Assembly (NCBI RefSeq): GCF_000497125.1 | Contig: NC_090600.1 | Location: 434,001 to 498,000 of the forward strand | Direction of reading: 5' to 3' | Length of the DNA: 64,000 bases | Source of the DNA: Spironucleus salmonicida | Taxonomy: Eukaryota | Shown: piece after piece, positions 14,701 to 25,610 of the stretch | How positions within the stretch are numbered: position 1 is the stretch's first letter | Layout: every line of letters begins with the position of its first letter | The notes under the pieces: model-generated | The model's input: only the letters and a program-made list of their open reading frames with translations | Told to the model about the DNA's origin: nothing | The model's database searches: none | Made by a program: the position numbers and the translations under genes

Positions 14701-17700
14701 TCGGACGCTGGTGAAGCCTGAATCAGAACGTGCGAAATCACCCGCAAAGCCTTGTAAAACTTGTCGTGCTGATCCGGCAAAACGCGTCTTCCCATAACAG
14801 GCTCAATGACCAAAATCTGCCGTTAAAGCGCCAAAAGCACGTACGCGAGCCGCGTAATTTCCTCCATTTGACGGCTATTCTGATCTATTTAGTCCTTGAT
14901 GAACTTCGAAAACGGATTCGTCAAAACCGACTGCAAAATCGCTTTTTTCTCGGTTATCGCCACCAGAACCGGCTTCCAAACCGCCGTCAGAGGGATGCAT
15001 TTGAAACTGCTCTAGACCTCCTAAATCGACAAATCGCTCATTTCGAGCATCCCGAACATCAATTTTGCCTCATTTTAAACGTAAAACGTCACCTCGTCGA
15101 CCGCCGCGCGAACGCTCAATTCGGCCTCCGCTTTTGCCACAATTTCGCGGATATTGAGCTGAAAACGCTTAAATTCGACGCTGGGAACCTCAGAAACGAC
15201 CGCAGCGGCGCTGGGGAACAAGTTTACGGCAATTGTGTAGAAAAGCGACGTGCCGTCGAGCTGGTCCGGAAGCGCCACGGAATTGACATTTTAGAAGAAT
15301 TTTATCGCAGAAATCACGTTCGTTTTGTCCGAAATTTCGTGCCAGTGCGACTTCGCGAGCGCTGGCGATTTGAGCGATTTGATGATTTGGAGCGACGCCT
15401 GCGCCAGTTTGTTGACGAAATTCGCGTGCAGAAACTGCGTTTGGCAGAACCGTTTCACGACGTCAAATTGCGGCAAAAACGAATTCTGCGGCTGAATTTC
15501 GCCGAAAAGCCGCTGAATTTCGTCCTGGAAATGCGTTTTTACGCGCAAAATGCTCCAGTCCAAATTCAAAATTCCGGAAAAAGCCGCTTCTAAAGCCGTA
15601 GAAATAGATAGTTTCTCGTGGATAAAACTGGATAATTTCTGCTTTTCGAGCAGATTTTGCGATTTTTCGAACTGCTCCTGCGTCAAAAGCGCCGTGTGGG
15701 ACGTGTTGTAGAGGACTTTGACCTCCTCGTCGACTTTCTAGATGCTGAGCGACAAATTCGTCAAATCCGCGTCAAATTGCGCGATTTTGACCGCAAAAAC
15801 GCCGATTGTGAGCTTTTGAGTCGGCAGGTTCACGAACGGCAAATTCGCGCCCTCTGCGACCGGCGGCTGCCGCACGACGACGTTCTGCTCGAAGTAGCCG
15901 ATGACTTCGTAGATTGCGCTCTCGAGCTGCTCGTCGGCGCGCGCCGCCTTCGCGATTTCCTGCAAAAGCGCCGATTTGAAGCCCTCCCACATCTCGTTTT
16001 TCTTGTTTTCGAGCGTTCCGGAAACGTTCGAGAGCGCGGTAACTAAGCTGTTGAATTTCGCTGTGCAGGCGTCAACATTTCGCAAAATTTCGTCCCTGGT
16101 GCTAATGAGCGTTTTGAACTCGTTCAGCGTCGCGATTTTGCTCTTTAAGTGCGTTTTGGCCAGCGTTTCGACCTGAGCGAAAAACTTCGTTATTGCAGAC
16201 AGCTCCTCAGCGGTTTTCGCGTCCTGCAGCCCGCGCTCGACTTTAGCGAAAACGAGGTCGATTTCTGCGATTACCTCGGCCGAAATTTCGCCCAAATGGT
16301 ACCCCGCGGCGCCGATTGCGATCTCCTGCAGAGCGAGCTGTTTCTGGTTAATTACGCGCACAACGGTCGCCATATCGAGCGAAATCGTTCCGCCCGACGG
16401 CTCGACCGAAAAAATGCCTTTTTCGTTCGTTTTTTCGACCAAAAACGGGAATTGGCTCCGGAGCGCCAGAACGGGGTCCTCCGCCTGCGCCTCGCCGCAG
16501 GACGCGTCGTAGACGCGCTGCGCGTCCTGCAGGCTCAATTTCTCGGAAAAGAGCTTTAAATCGCCAGAATTCGCCAATCGGACGCTCCCGCACTCGTTTT
16601 GGACGAATTCGACCACCGCACGAAGGTTCCGCACGACGGAATCGACCGTTTTGAAGGCCTCCGGGAGCGCCGAAATCGACATTTCGGCCATTTTGGGGAA
16701 CATTTGCGTGATTTTCGGGTTTTCCGACAGGTAAAACGCAGAATCGAGCGGGAACAACGCGATTTGCTGAATCTGGTCGAAAAGGTAGTTTTTGACGTCG
16801 AAAAGCTGCGGGAAAAGCTCGATTTTAGTCGTCAGAATCAGCGGCTGCATAGGCCGAATTTGCGACAAATTGCCCGTCAGCGACTGCTGATACTTGACCG
16901 CCATGACCGCAGAAAGCGCTGAATTCCAGTACTGCAGCAGCGTGTCCTGGAACGTCTGCGGGACCTGCGGAATGAATTATGCGATATTTTGACGCATTTG
17001 GAACACTTTTTCCTTCCAAATTTGCCTGTGCGAGAGCGGAATATTGACCAAAAACCGCAAAATCTGCTCGTTCGAGCTGTGAAAATCAGCCACAAGGTCG
17101 ATTTTGCGGCTAAACGCCTCTTTTACGGCGTAAATCGCGTTTGCGACGCCCCTGACGCGTTCTACGGTCGCTGCGTCTTTCTGGCCGTTTCCGAGCAGAA
17201 ACTGGCTGCTCTGACTCGCTTTTTGGAGCTCAGATTCGAACTGGGCGGCCGCGCTCATCAGAAGCGGCTTCTAGTAGCTCTTTACGGTCGTTACGAGATC
17301 GTTGTAATACGCCGCAACGTCCCGCAATTTCTGCAGCGCGGGACTGACGCCCAGACCGGTCTGGACGACGCTAACGACGTCATTTGGGAGCGCGAGTTGC
17401 GGCAGGTACCCGAAATTCTGCATTAAGGCGTAGATTTCGACGATTTCGGCGATCGAAAAATCGACCGAAAGACGCTTTTTTTCGTCGAATTCGAGCAGTT
17501 TCCGGCCGCTTTTCACGTTCCCGCAGAGCGCCGAAATGAGCTTTTTGGCCTCCTTCACGAGCGCGATTTCCTTCGATTTGAGCCGGTCAGCGGCCTCCTT
17601 GAAACGCGCCGTTAGCGCCAAATTGTCGTTCAGGAGCTGCGCCGCCTGGTAGAATTACGAGGCCGAAGCGCGCAAATTCCGCAAAAAAATTATGTTTTTC

Positions 17701-18566
17701 GTTATATCAGTTGAGTTTCTCAGCAAAAAATCGTCAATTTTGTCAAGAAACGCCTCGCAGATCTCGTTCAGGGGCTGCTGGATCGAAATTAGGGCCTGTT
17801 TGACGTTTTTGCGCTTCAGAACGCCTCGGAATTCAGTTAAAAGCGGAATTGAGTCGAATTTCAGTTGATTGAAAATCTGCTCCAAAATCGTCGCGCAGAC
17901 GAGTTCTGCGGCCTGAAAATTGGCAGAAATCGTTTGGATTTCGGCGTCGAATTCTGACTTCGAAATCGTGAAAATTCCGGGCTTCAGGGGGCTGAAATTC
18001 GTGCCTGTGAGCTTGTGGAGCGCCTGGGCGGTTTCTGCGACGTTCTGGAGCGTTTTCAGGCGGTTCACCAAATCGTCTGTTTGGATCAGTTGCTGGAGGT
18101 GCGGGTCTTTCAGATGCGAGAATAAGAGCTCTAGCGGCGCTTTCGCGAGAACTAGCAGCTCTTGGGGCGTTTGCTGGTTCAAAAAAGTTGTGAGGTAATT
18201 GTTAATATTATACGTTAATATAGGTAAAAATTTTTTGTAGCGTGTGTAGTTCTGCTATTTGAGATTCTGAAGGAGCGTGGTAATCGCTGCTGCGGAGGCA
18301 GGAATTTGCGTTAATTCTTCCTTAATCGAGTTCAGGATTTGTAGAATTTGGGTTGCCCTCTAAATCTTTTACGGTGAATCTGGCTGGTTTAGCTCCTTCA
18401 AGTACTAAATAATTTGGCCAAATAGATGGATATCGGCATCTATTGTCGTAAACGGTGTGGTCACCTCAGAAGGAGCCTTTTGGGCAGAAATTAACTTAAT
18501 GAGCTCATCGGATGGTTGCACCATTGCTGCGCTGCAGACTTGGGTGTAATGATCTAATAGGGACAT
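5736..18566 (-). CDS. DYNC2H1: cytoplasmic dynein-2 (IFT dynein) heavy chain, 4276 aa, intronless
   Basis: Minus-strand track fragments (7157, 7562, 8978, 10958, 12452, 15686, 16904, 17258, 17621, 18182) share one frame. Motifs: AAA1 GPAGTGKTE, CFDEVNRL, DWGLRSL, AAA2 [65 protein letters not shown] is closest to DHC2 type. Confidence 0.9.
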
Positions 18567-18782
18567 TTAACTTGGAGTGGCTAAAAATTATCATTTATAT
18601 ATAGTAGAGAAAGATATTGGAAAATGTAACTATTATAAATTATTATATTATTTAATAGACTTATTTAAAATAATATGATTATTAATATTATACAATAAAT
18701 TGATCTTTTAATAATTTCACGATATTTTAAAATATAATTATTCGTATATAATAATTTTATATAAAATTGGATTATAAATTAC

Positions 18783-18971
18783 TACACCGCTCCTTCAGCG
18801 ATTGTTCTAAAGGGGTCTTTTCTTTATTTCAACTTAGTCACGAATATTTTTATTCAAATTAACGCAGCCTAGAAGATGATCCTGCTCTGGTGCGCTGAGC
18901 GTGAAGTCGAGGGCTCCGGCCTCTTGATGATCGAGCCTTAACGGGCGGCACACCAGTCAGTCTGATAGGTT
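18783..18971 (+). ncRNA. U3: U3 snoRNA (candidate)
   Basis: Box A-like CCTTCAGCGATTGTTCTA, box C'-like GAAGATGA (18872-18879), box B GAGCGTGAAG (18897-18906), box C TGATGA (18925-18930), box D CTGA (18962-18965). Terminal stem AGCCTA/TAGGTT and internal stem CTGGTG/CACCAG. 5' end approximate. Confidence 0.8.
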
Positions 18972-19552
18972 ATTCTCAAGTATGTATTCTTTCTATAATT
19001 GGGTTGTATATATAATTTAATATTGATATTATTGGCTTAGTATCTTATTTTCGTATAATTTTAAATGTGCTATTCCAGTTTATATTGTTTTATAATAATA
19101 TAGACTTATTTATTAAAGTTTATATAAAATTAAACTCAGCCCTCGTTCACTTCTTTTAAGGTATAGTAAACCTAGTCAATAGTTAGAAAATCAAATATAT
19201 ATTTATACATTTCTTTCTCATAAGTAATCTGCATTTTCATTTAACTATTTGAGTAGTGTATAATTACAAGGTTGATATAAAATATGTTGTTTGAAATATC
19301 CGAACACACATTATACTATTAATATAAAATGATATTTTAACATATCTATTAATCCTTATTAAAATTTATATCCTCACTAAACTTATAATAATAAATATTC
19401 TTAAATATAATATATTTTATTAAAAATTAACTTAGTTTAATAACTAATTAGTGTATAAAATCTTATTCGCTAATTGATACAACTATAAGTCATGAAACTC
19501 ATGAAAAATTTACTTGGTTTTCCTAATGTATAAAATCATTCGTTTTGAGTCA

Positions 19553-19903
19553 TCAATATTGTAACTACTGCATTGTAACTACTTAGCTTTACTGAATTGC
19601 TTAATTATTTTGCACTATATAATACTAAACGGTATCAACCATTTAAATAGGCTACACAACTTATTACTAGTTCTGATGTTTATAGTCATATATAAAGAGA
19701 CAAATTTTGACCCTCTAAAATCCATTTTTAAGCTTATATCTATCATAGGCGAAGCCTATTATTCCGAGGACTAAAAGTCCTATCACAAAATATATAACTA
19801 ACATAGTGACATTAACAACGGTAATGCCTAAAAAGCAAAGCTCCAAATTGTCAAATTTCTCGCAATACGTCAGGCAACTCTTCTTACAGTCGTAATCTGA
19901 CAT
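19553..19903 (-). CDS. small single-pass membrane protein (116 aa)
   Basis: Track ORF extended through TAG/TAA to TGA at 19553. Cys-rich N-terminus, TM segment MLVIYFVIGLLVLGIIGFAY. Confidence 0.6.
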
Positions 19904-20106
19904 TTTACAGGTGAATACTGAAAAGAAATTTTAATGTTTTTATACAAAGAAAACTACTAATAAAACACTTAATTCCTATCCTCAAAATATTATTTTATTA
20001 TCGATTTTTCTTGAAACTAACAGGAACGGAGTTTCCGAATTTTCCTTTTTTCGCAAAAATCGTATCCTTAGCCCATCGATTTTCGCCACGTAAAGTATAC
20101 TTTTAT

Positions 20107-21111
20107 ATGTCAAAATCAATTTCCAACGTAGACCCCGCTCCAATGACACTCCTGAACGCCCTGTACTTCTCCAGCGCGGTATCGCCTCACTTCCACTGGT
20201 GCTACCTCGCATCGACTGCTGCGCTGGGCCTGAAATATGCGTTCTCGGAGACGGTCTACGAGGCCTGCGTTCTAGCGATTAACGTCGCCATGTCCATTTT
20301 GCATATAATTACAGGCACTTAGCTAGGCGTTTTCGATCCGACACACCTCGAAAACGCGCATTTTGCGCTTATTTTCTGCTCTGTAAACCCGTATTTCGCG
20401 TGGTTTTAAATTGCCGTTAAAGCACTTTATTTGATATAATAATTAATACTTCACACGCTGCCGTTCCTCAGGTCCACGCGCCTCTAAAAGCTGCGGATAG
20501 GACCCAACTTTCAGCGCGAGTAGTTTGAATTTGCGTAAAAGGCTTGCAAATCAAGCCAAAATGGCGTCGTCACGGCTTCGCCGGTATCGTTCACAGGCTA
20601 AAAATCGCGTCACTGCAGGCTCAACATTTGCAATTTCTCCAGCTTGCTCGTGTTCGGCTCTGAAATCCTCACGTTGCCACTGCTCGCGTAAAGTTTGCGA
20701 TTAAATTCTTCGATTAGCACTGGCTTTGCGGGCATCATAACGCTCGTTTTCCTGACGTCGCTGGCGCAGATTTCGGTCAAAAACAAAGATTTTCCGCTCC
20801 TATTATTCGTTTTCCCGGTCCTCAAAATAGCAATTTTGCAGCACCAACTCACTTTTTTCGACGAGGCTCAGGCCGGAATCTCGGGCCTTTGCTACCTGCT
20901 CGCAATCCGCACGATACGCCAAAATGCACCACAAACGCACCTTTGGGCCAGCGCCGCCACTGCGCTTGCGTGCCAGTTCACGCAAATTGGCGTTTGGGGC
21001 GTTTTAGCACTTTTAATAGTAAAGGAGTGGAAAATTGGAAGGGAAAAGGAACGGAAAGGCCGCGCACCTCCGCTGCAGAGCCGAGCGGTCCAGGCAGCGG
21101 CGTGCGAGTGA
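20107..21111 (+). CDS. multi-pass membrane protein (~334 aa)
   Basis: Track ORFs 20011-20322 and 20695-21111 join in frame under code 6; several hydrophobic segments; ends in GAGTGA. Confidence 0.6.
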
Positions 21112-21229
21112 GCCGAATTTTGTAAATTTCGATAAATTCCGGAAACTTGAAATACCGGAAAGGCAGAAATTCTACATTTCCAGTTAATTTTGTATCGAAA
21201 TAGCAGATTTTTCCTCCTGAACGTCCCAT

Positions 21230-21706
21230 TCAAACCAGTTTTATGACCTCCGCGCCGCCCTGCGCGACGTTTTTCCCGAAGGCCTGACTTGAAAATCTCA
21301 GGGTGTAGGCGTATTGGCGCAGAAAGCCGACCAGCTTTGTCTGGATCTCCAGGTGCAGCGCCTGGCTCTGGCGCAGCACGTCCTGGCTCAGGTCCACGCA
21401 GGCCAGATTCTGCTTGAATCCCAGTCGCTGCTGCTGCGCCAGAAAGTGGATTTCGCGCGCCTGCGCCTCGTGGCGTTTTATCTGCCAAGATAGTTTCTCT
21501 GTCAGCGCGAAAAGGGGTGCGATCAGGACGCCAGGGACCGCTGAGAGCTGCAGGGCCGTCCCCCGCAGTGGCTGGCTGGCGTACTTGTGTTGGATCGAAA
21601 TAAGGCGTTTTTGGTGCTCTGTAAGTACGTGGCGCAGGTCCTTGATGTAGCTGAGCTGGTCGAACGATTCTGAGGACAGCGTTAGCGATTTTTCGAAATT
21701 GTCCAT
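21230..21706 (-). CDS. hypothetical helical protein (158 aa)
   Basis: ATG to TGA ORF in the track. Confidence 0.6.
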   Translation of the reverse strand: MDNFEKSLTLSSESFDQLSYIKDLRHVLTEHQKRLISIQHKYASQPLRGTALQLSAVPGVLIAPLFALTEKLSWQIKRHEAQAREIHFLAQQQRLGFKQNLACVDLSQDVLRQSQALHLEIQTKLVGFLRQYAYTLRFSSQAFGKNVAQGGAEVIKLV

Positions 21707-22395
21707 TTTCGAATAATTGGCTTAATATGTATAATAGTTTGGTATGTAGAATTGTATTTGGCGAGCAATGATGGTATAATTTAATATAAAGAGAAGTGAT
21801 AATTGGTAAATAATAATTTTAGGTCATTGTTAAAATACTAGCTTTTTGAAATAATGAAATATAATTTTCGATTGATATGCTTTGGGTTGCAATTGTAGGC
21901 TGCAGCAGAAAATGTCAGAATATTGATATTTAATTAAAAATCTAAGCAATGTGGTGCTTTATGACGGTATGCTATTTGTTCAGAGATATTGATTGGAACT
22001 TTAGTACTATTAATCGGAGTTTACAGAATATTCGTTACAATCTGATTATTCTACTACTTTCTATTTGTATCGTATTTTCTAGTTACACTGATTCAGAATA
22101 GTATATCTCTCACGAATGACGACCGGATCATAGCGCTGTCGGCGCGGAAGTACGAGATTCTCTCGGTACGGGTCCTGGACGAGCAGCAGCAGAAGCTGTC
22201 GGCGCGGATAAAAAAGAGCAAGACGAGCGCCCAGCTATTCTCTTCTAAAAAGTGGCATTGAGTGAGTAAACACTGAGATAACCCCTAGATGGTATTGGGC
22301 CGCCGCAGGAAGCTGCTCTCCGCAACCGGAATGGATCCGGAGAGAACACGCTGGACGAAACAGCGGTGTTCCAGCAATTTGGATAACCTGATCAC

Positions 22396-22560
22396 TCACT
22401 CCTCAGCACCCTGTTCACAGTCGGTGGCACACTTAGTCTCCCGCTAGGACAGCAGCTTGAGTGTGCGGCCGAAACCCACGAAAAGTCGTATCAGACCGCC
22501 CACTATGAATATCAGCAGCGCAGAGAAAAGACAAATCGAAACGATGTCGATGGTGTGCAT
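22396..22560 (-). CDS. small membrane peptide (54 aa), IR1 copy
   Basis: Mirror of 31724-31888. Confidence 0.45.
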
Positions 22561-22639
22561 TGTGGAAGGGCTACTAATTAGGAGGAGGGTAAGCAAAACA
22601 AATAATGTAAATTCTGCTGTACTTTTTATCGTTTAGTAT

Positions 22640-22711
22640 GGGAAATTGGTCTAGTGGTATGATTCCTCTTTAGGGTAGAGGAGGTCCCGGGTTCCATTCC
22701 CGGATTTCCCC
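22640..22711 (+). tRNA. tRNA-Pro(AGG)
   Basis: Cloverleaf with acceptor GGGAAAT/ATTTCCC, anticodon stem CCTCT/AGAGG, loop TTAGGGT, T arm CCGGG-TTCCATT-CCCGG. Confidence 0.95.
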
Positions 22712-22863
22712 AATATTTTTTGTGCCTGGTTTGCACTAAACGAGTATTAGCATGATCCGAAGTGTACACTTAGGACCCTAAGGCTTATTTTTAAAAAATT
22801 AAGAAAGTCATGATAGATATTCCTGCTAGTAGTTAATTTTATGCTTTGTTATATTCTATTATA

Positions 22864-24394
22864 GGGGAAACAAATATTCTCATTCTTAATTTTCTTCTTT
22901 ATCTCTGACATTTTATGCTATTTATTTTTATTTTACATACGCTTTATCTTTTTACGACATAACCTACAATGTTTCAACTTAAGTTGGCATTTACTGCATA
23001 ATGTATATAAACTGACATCAGAAGTATTCATATTAGTTTTTTTGCCTTAGAAATATGTTCCTATTATATAGGGAAAGTGTCATGAATTTATGAGTACTTT
23101 TATATAGGTAAATTATATATAAGACTAACCATTAATTTACCCAAGTATTATCTCAGACATATGTTAAATTCTATTATAATTTTACAAGAGTAAAAAACTG
23201 GTCACAAGACAAAGATGCAAAAGATAGAAAAATAAATTAGTGGACCAAAAACTTACCTTGTGATTCCATTAAATGATTAAAAATATTTGTCACACTACTC
23301 AACCCCTCTGATATTTTGTTAAGAGGTATTTATTATCTCAGGTCATAGCTCAGAGTAATAATTTTCATCAGCATCTTAATGAATAGGAGAACATTACTTG
23401 GTATGGCAAACATGTACAACTTTGGTCTTTTAATTCTGTGATTCAAAAATGGTGATAATTTACTCATCTATATTAGAACAATTTTGAGTAATCTTATAAC
23501 TATGTAAACTTTTATCCATTGGATCTTATAGTTACAATTACTCTTCTTTTATGTAATATGCAAATTATACTGATTCAAATGAAGTGAAATAGTTATGTAC
23601 AGTTCATATTTTGAATTAATCCTTAATAGAGTTTAGGAATGTGTTGAATATATCTTATAACTAATTATTCAACGATTTTTTGTAAAATGGCACTATATGA
23701 CAATATCCTGTAAATAAATCACCACAAAGTCTAAACAGTAAAGCTCGTCGGCAATATTTAGATGATATGTATCTTTTATGTTTATATACTGTCTTATACC
23801 CACTTCTTGATCATAAATTCATGTTCTCACCTTTCTCCACAAATATTGTTGAACTCTATTTACGAAGCTTTAAACGGAGTCATTATATGCCGTATATATG
23901 CCTGTTTTTATCTGTGTTTTCACGCTTCTAACTGTTCATTTTAATGTTCTCTAGAAGTATTTTCATCCTCAATTAATTCTTATATCTATTATTATGCATT
24001 CTCATTCTAGTATATCTCATTTTATGATATAAGATTTAATCTTAGTTCTTCTTTAGGCAGCTTCTCAACCGTAAACTTATTAAAGAATTTTAAGCAAGAT
24101 AATGCTCACAAGAATAAATCCCTGGATAGTAATTATTTTAGACCCGAATGCTGATATCCTGTATCTTTAATAATATAATCATCTAATCTAGGTCTGGGTG
24201 ATATCTTCATAATAATAATTTAAATAATAAACTATTTGACCTCATCTATCGTAACTCTTTGATCAAAGTATTAAAAAAAGTATTTCATAGGGTTATTAGT
24301 TGATTTTAAAACTGAGGACTATAAGTATTCAATAAAAAATTAAAACTGAGTTTTGAATGGATTCCAAAATTTGGTCCATTTTCAGAATTTGGAT
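22864..24394 (-). pseudogene. decayed piggyBac-like transposase, IR1 left copy
   Basis: Mirror of 29890-31420. Confidence 0.7.
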
Positions 24395-24569
24395 GGGTAA
24401 ATAAATACAAATTAAATTAAAAAATAATCATCTAATATCAAAATCAAGTAAACTGAAATGATAGAATGACTATTTTATAATCTTGTAGCAATTTTTTATT
24501 GTCCGACAAAAAATTCAAAACATGCTTGGGCACTTAAATTTATAGGAATATAATACCAAATAAAATTGT

Positions 24570-24654
24570 TCCCCACTACCGGAATTGAACCAGTGACCGT
24601 TCGGTAACTACAGAGCTCTACAGCCAAACGCTCTGCCAACTGAGCTAAGTGGGG
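24570..24654 (-). tRNA. tRNA-Tyr(GTA) with 12-nt intron
   Basis: Mirror of 29630-29714. Confidence 0.93.
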
Positions 24655-24719
24655 ATAGTATTATAGTAGAATGATAGACATCCTGATATATTAAAACCCG
24701 TGCCGCACTCGATGGCAAA

Positions 24720-25472
24720 TCATTCACTCCAGCACCATGCAGCGAGCGCCCGCTCTCTCCCAGCATCGCTCAGCCCACCCATATATCTCCCAATCTGGCC
24801 TTTGCAACTTTCAAGACGCGATTGCGCTAATTTTGCGCGATAAAACTCCCCTAGCACCTGCCCCATGGGTGCACAAATTTGGCTCAGCCTCATGTCACGA
24901 CAGAGTAACATACCTGTATCTAGTACATTACATGCGGCTTCCAAGGTGGCAGGGAGCCTTTTCTCCTACATCAGGGCCCTGGTGGACAGGGGATATAGCT
25001 GCTGCTAATTTTTAAAATCCTCCTTAGTCAAGCACATTCCGAGTAGGTTGAACAAAATAATGCCAAATTTTCGATAGTTTGATCTGGGTGCTCTCTTTTA
25101 TTCTAGTGGAAGCTACCTTATGCATGCCAGCACACAGCATGTAAACTCCGGGTTTTAGATAATTTCCAGCAAGGTACTGTTTAGTGAAACTGCATGATAC
25201 AGCCTTTCAAAGTTAGGATACTACGTGAACGGCTGATGGGACCGTAAAAGCGCCTTCAACGAAACATTGGCCGAAACGTGAAGTGGCGTTTTCTGAGCAT
25301 GCCTTCCAGATCTTAATACCTTACTTTACGACAGACTACTGTTAAGCTAGGATGCTGCCAGTTATGACTTTTAAAGTCGGTCTTTGTCATGATGTGCATT
25401 AACAACTTTCCGCAGTAGCAATTGTAACTTAATAACCTTGTTTTACTTATTGTCAATATACTGCCTAAACAT
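24720..25472 (-). CDS. 5'-truncated duplicate of the C-terminal 250 aa of the IQ/ASPM-like gene
   Basis: Mirror of 28812-29564; an in-frame ATG lies 8 nt inside the arm boundary; expression unknown. Confidence 0.5.
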
Positions 25473-25610
25473 AATTTTTAGTAAAGTTATAGTTTCAATG
25501 ATTATATAAAATTAGTTTAACAGTATTATGATAAATTAAAAATAGAAAAGTAGTAATTTATAGTATAATTAATATATAATAGAAATTACATATTCTATAA
25601 AATTTAACAA

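Larger units (their letters stand above)
22111..25480. repeat. IR1 left arm (3370 bp), inverted copy of 28804-32173
   Basis: Paired coordinates sum to 54284. Mirrored track ORFs are identical. Complementarity breaks at 22110/32174 and 25481/28803. Confidence 0.97.

Noticed and set aside
7198-18198. Many plus-strand track ORFs over the dynein gene
   Set aside because: Antisense shadows of GC-rich coding blocks with no recognisable motifs.
5736-18566. Dynein as a pseudogene or as a split/trans-spliced gene (as in some Giardia dyneins)
   Set aside because: All fragments share one frame, the interruptions seen are TAA/TAG, and the full length matches dynein-2.
21878-22119. 80-aa plus-strand ORF ending just inside the IR1 arm
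   Set aside because: Short, no family features, and such ORFs are frequent when TGA is the only stop.
22135-22208. 14-bp direct repeat GCTGTCGGCGCGGA spaced 60 bp apart
   Set aside because: Only two units, within coding sequence (LSAR twice); not CRISPR-like.
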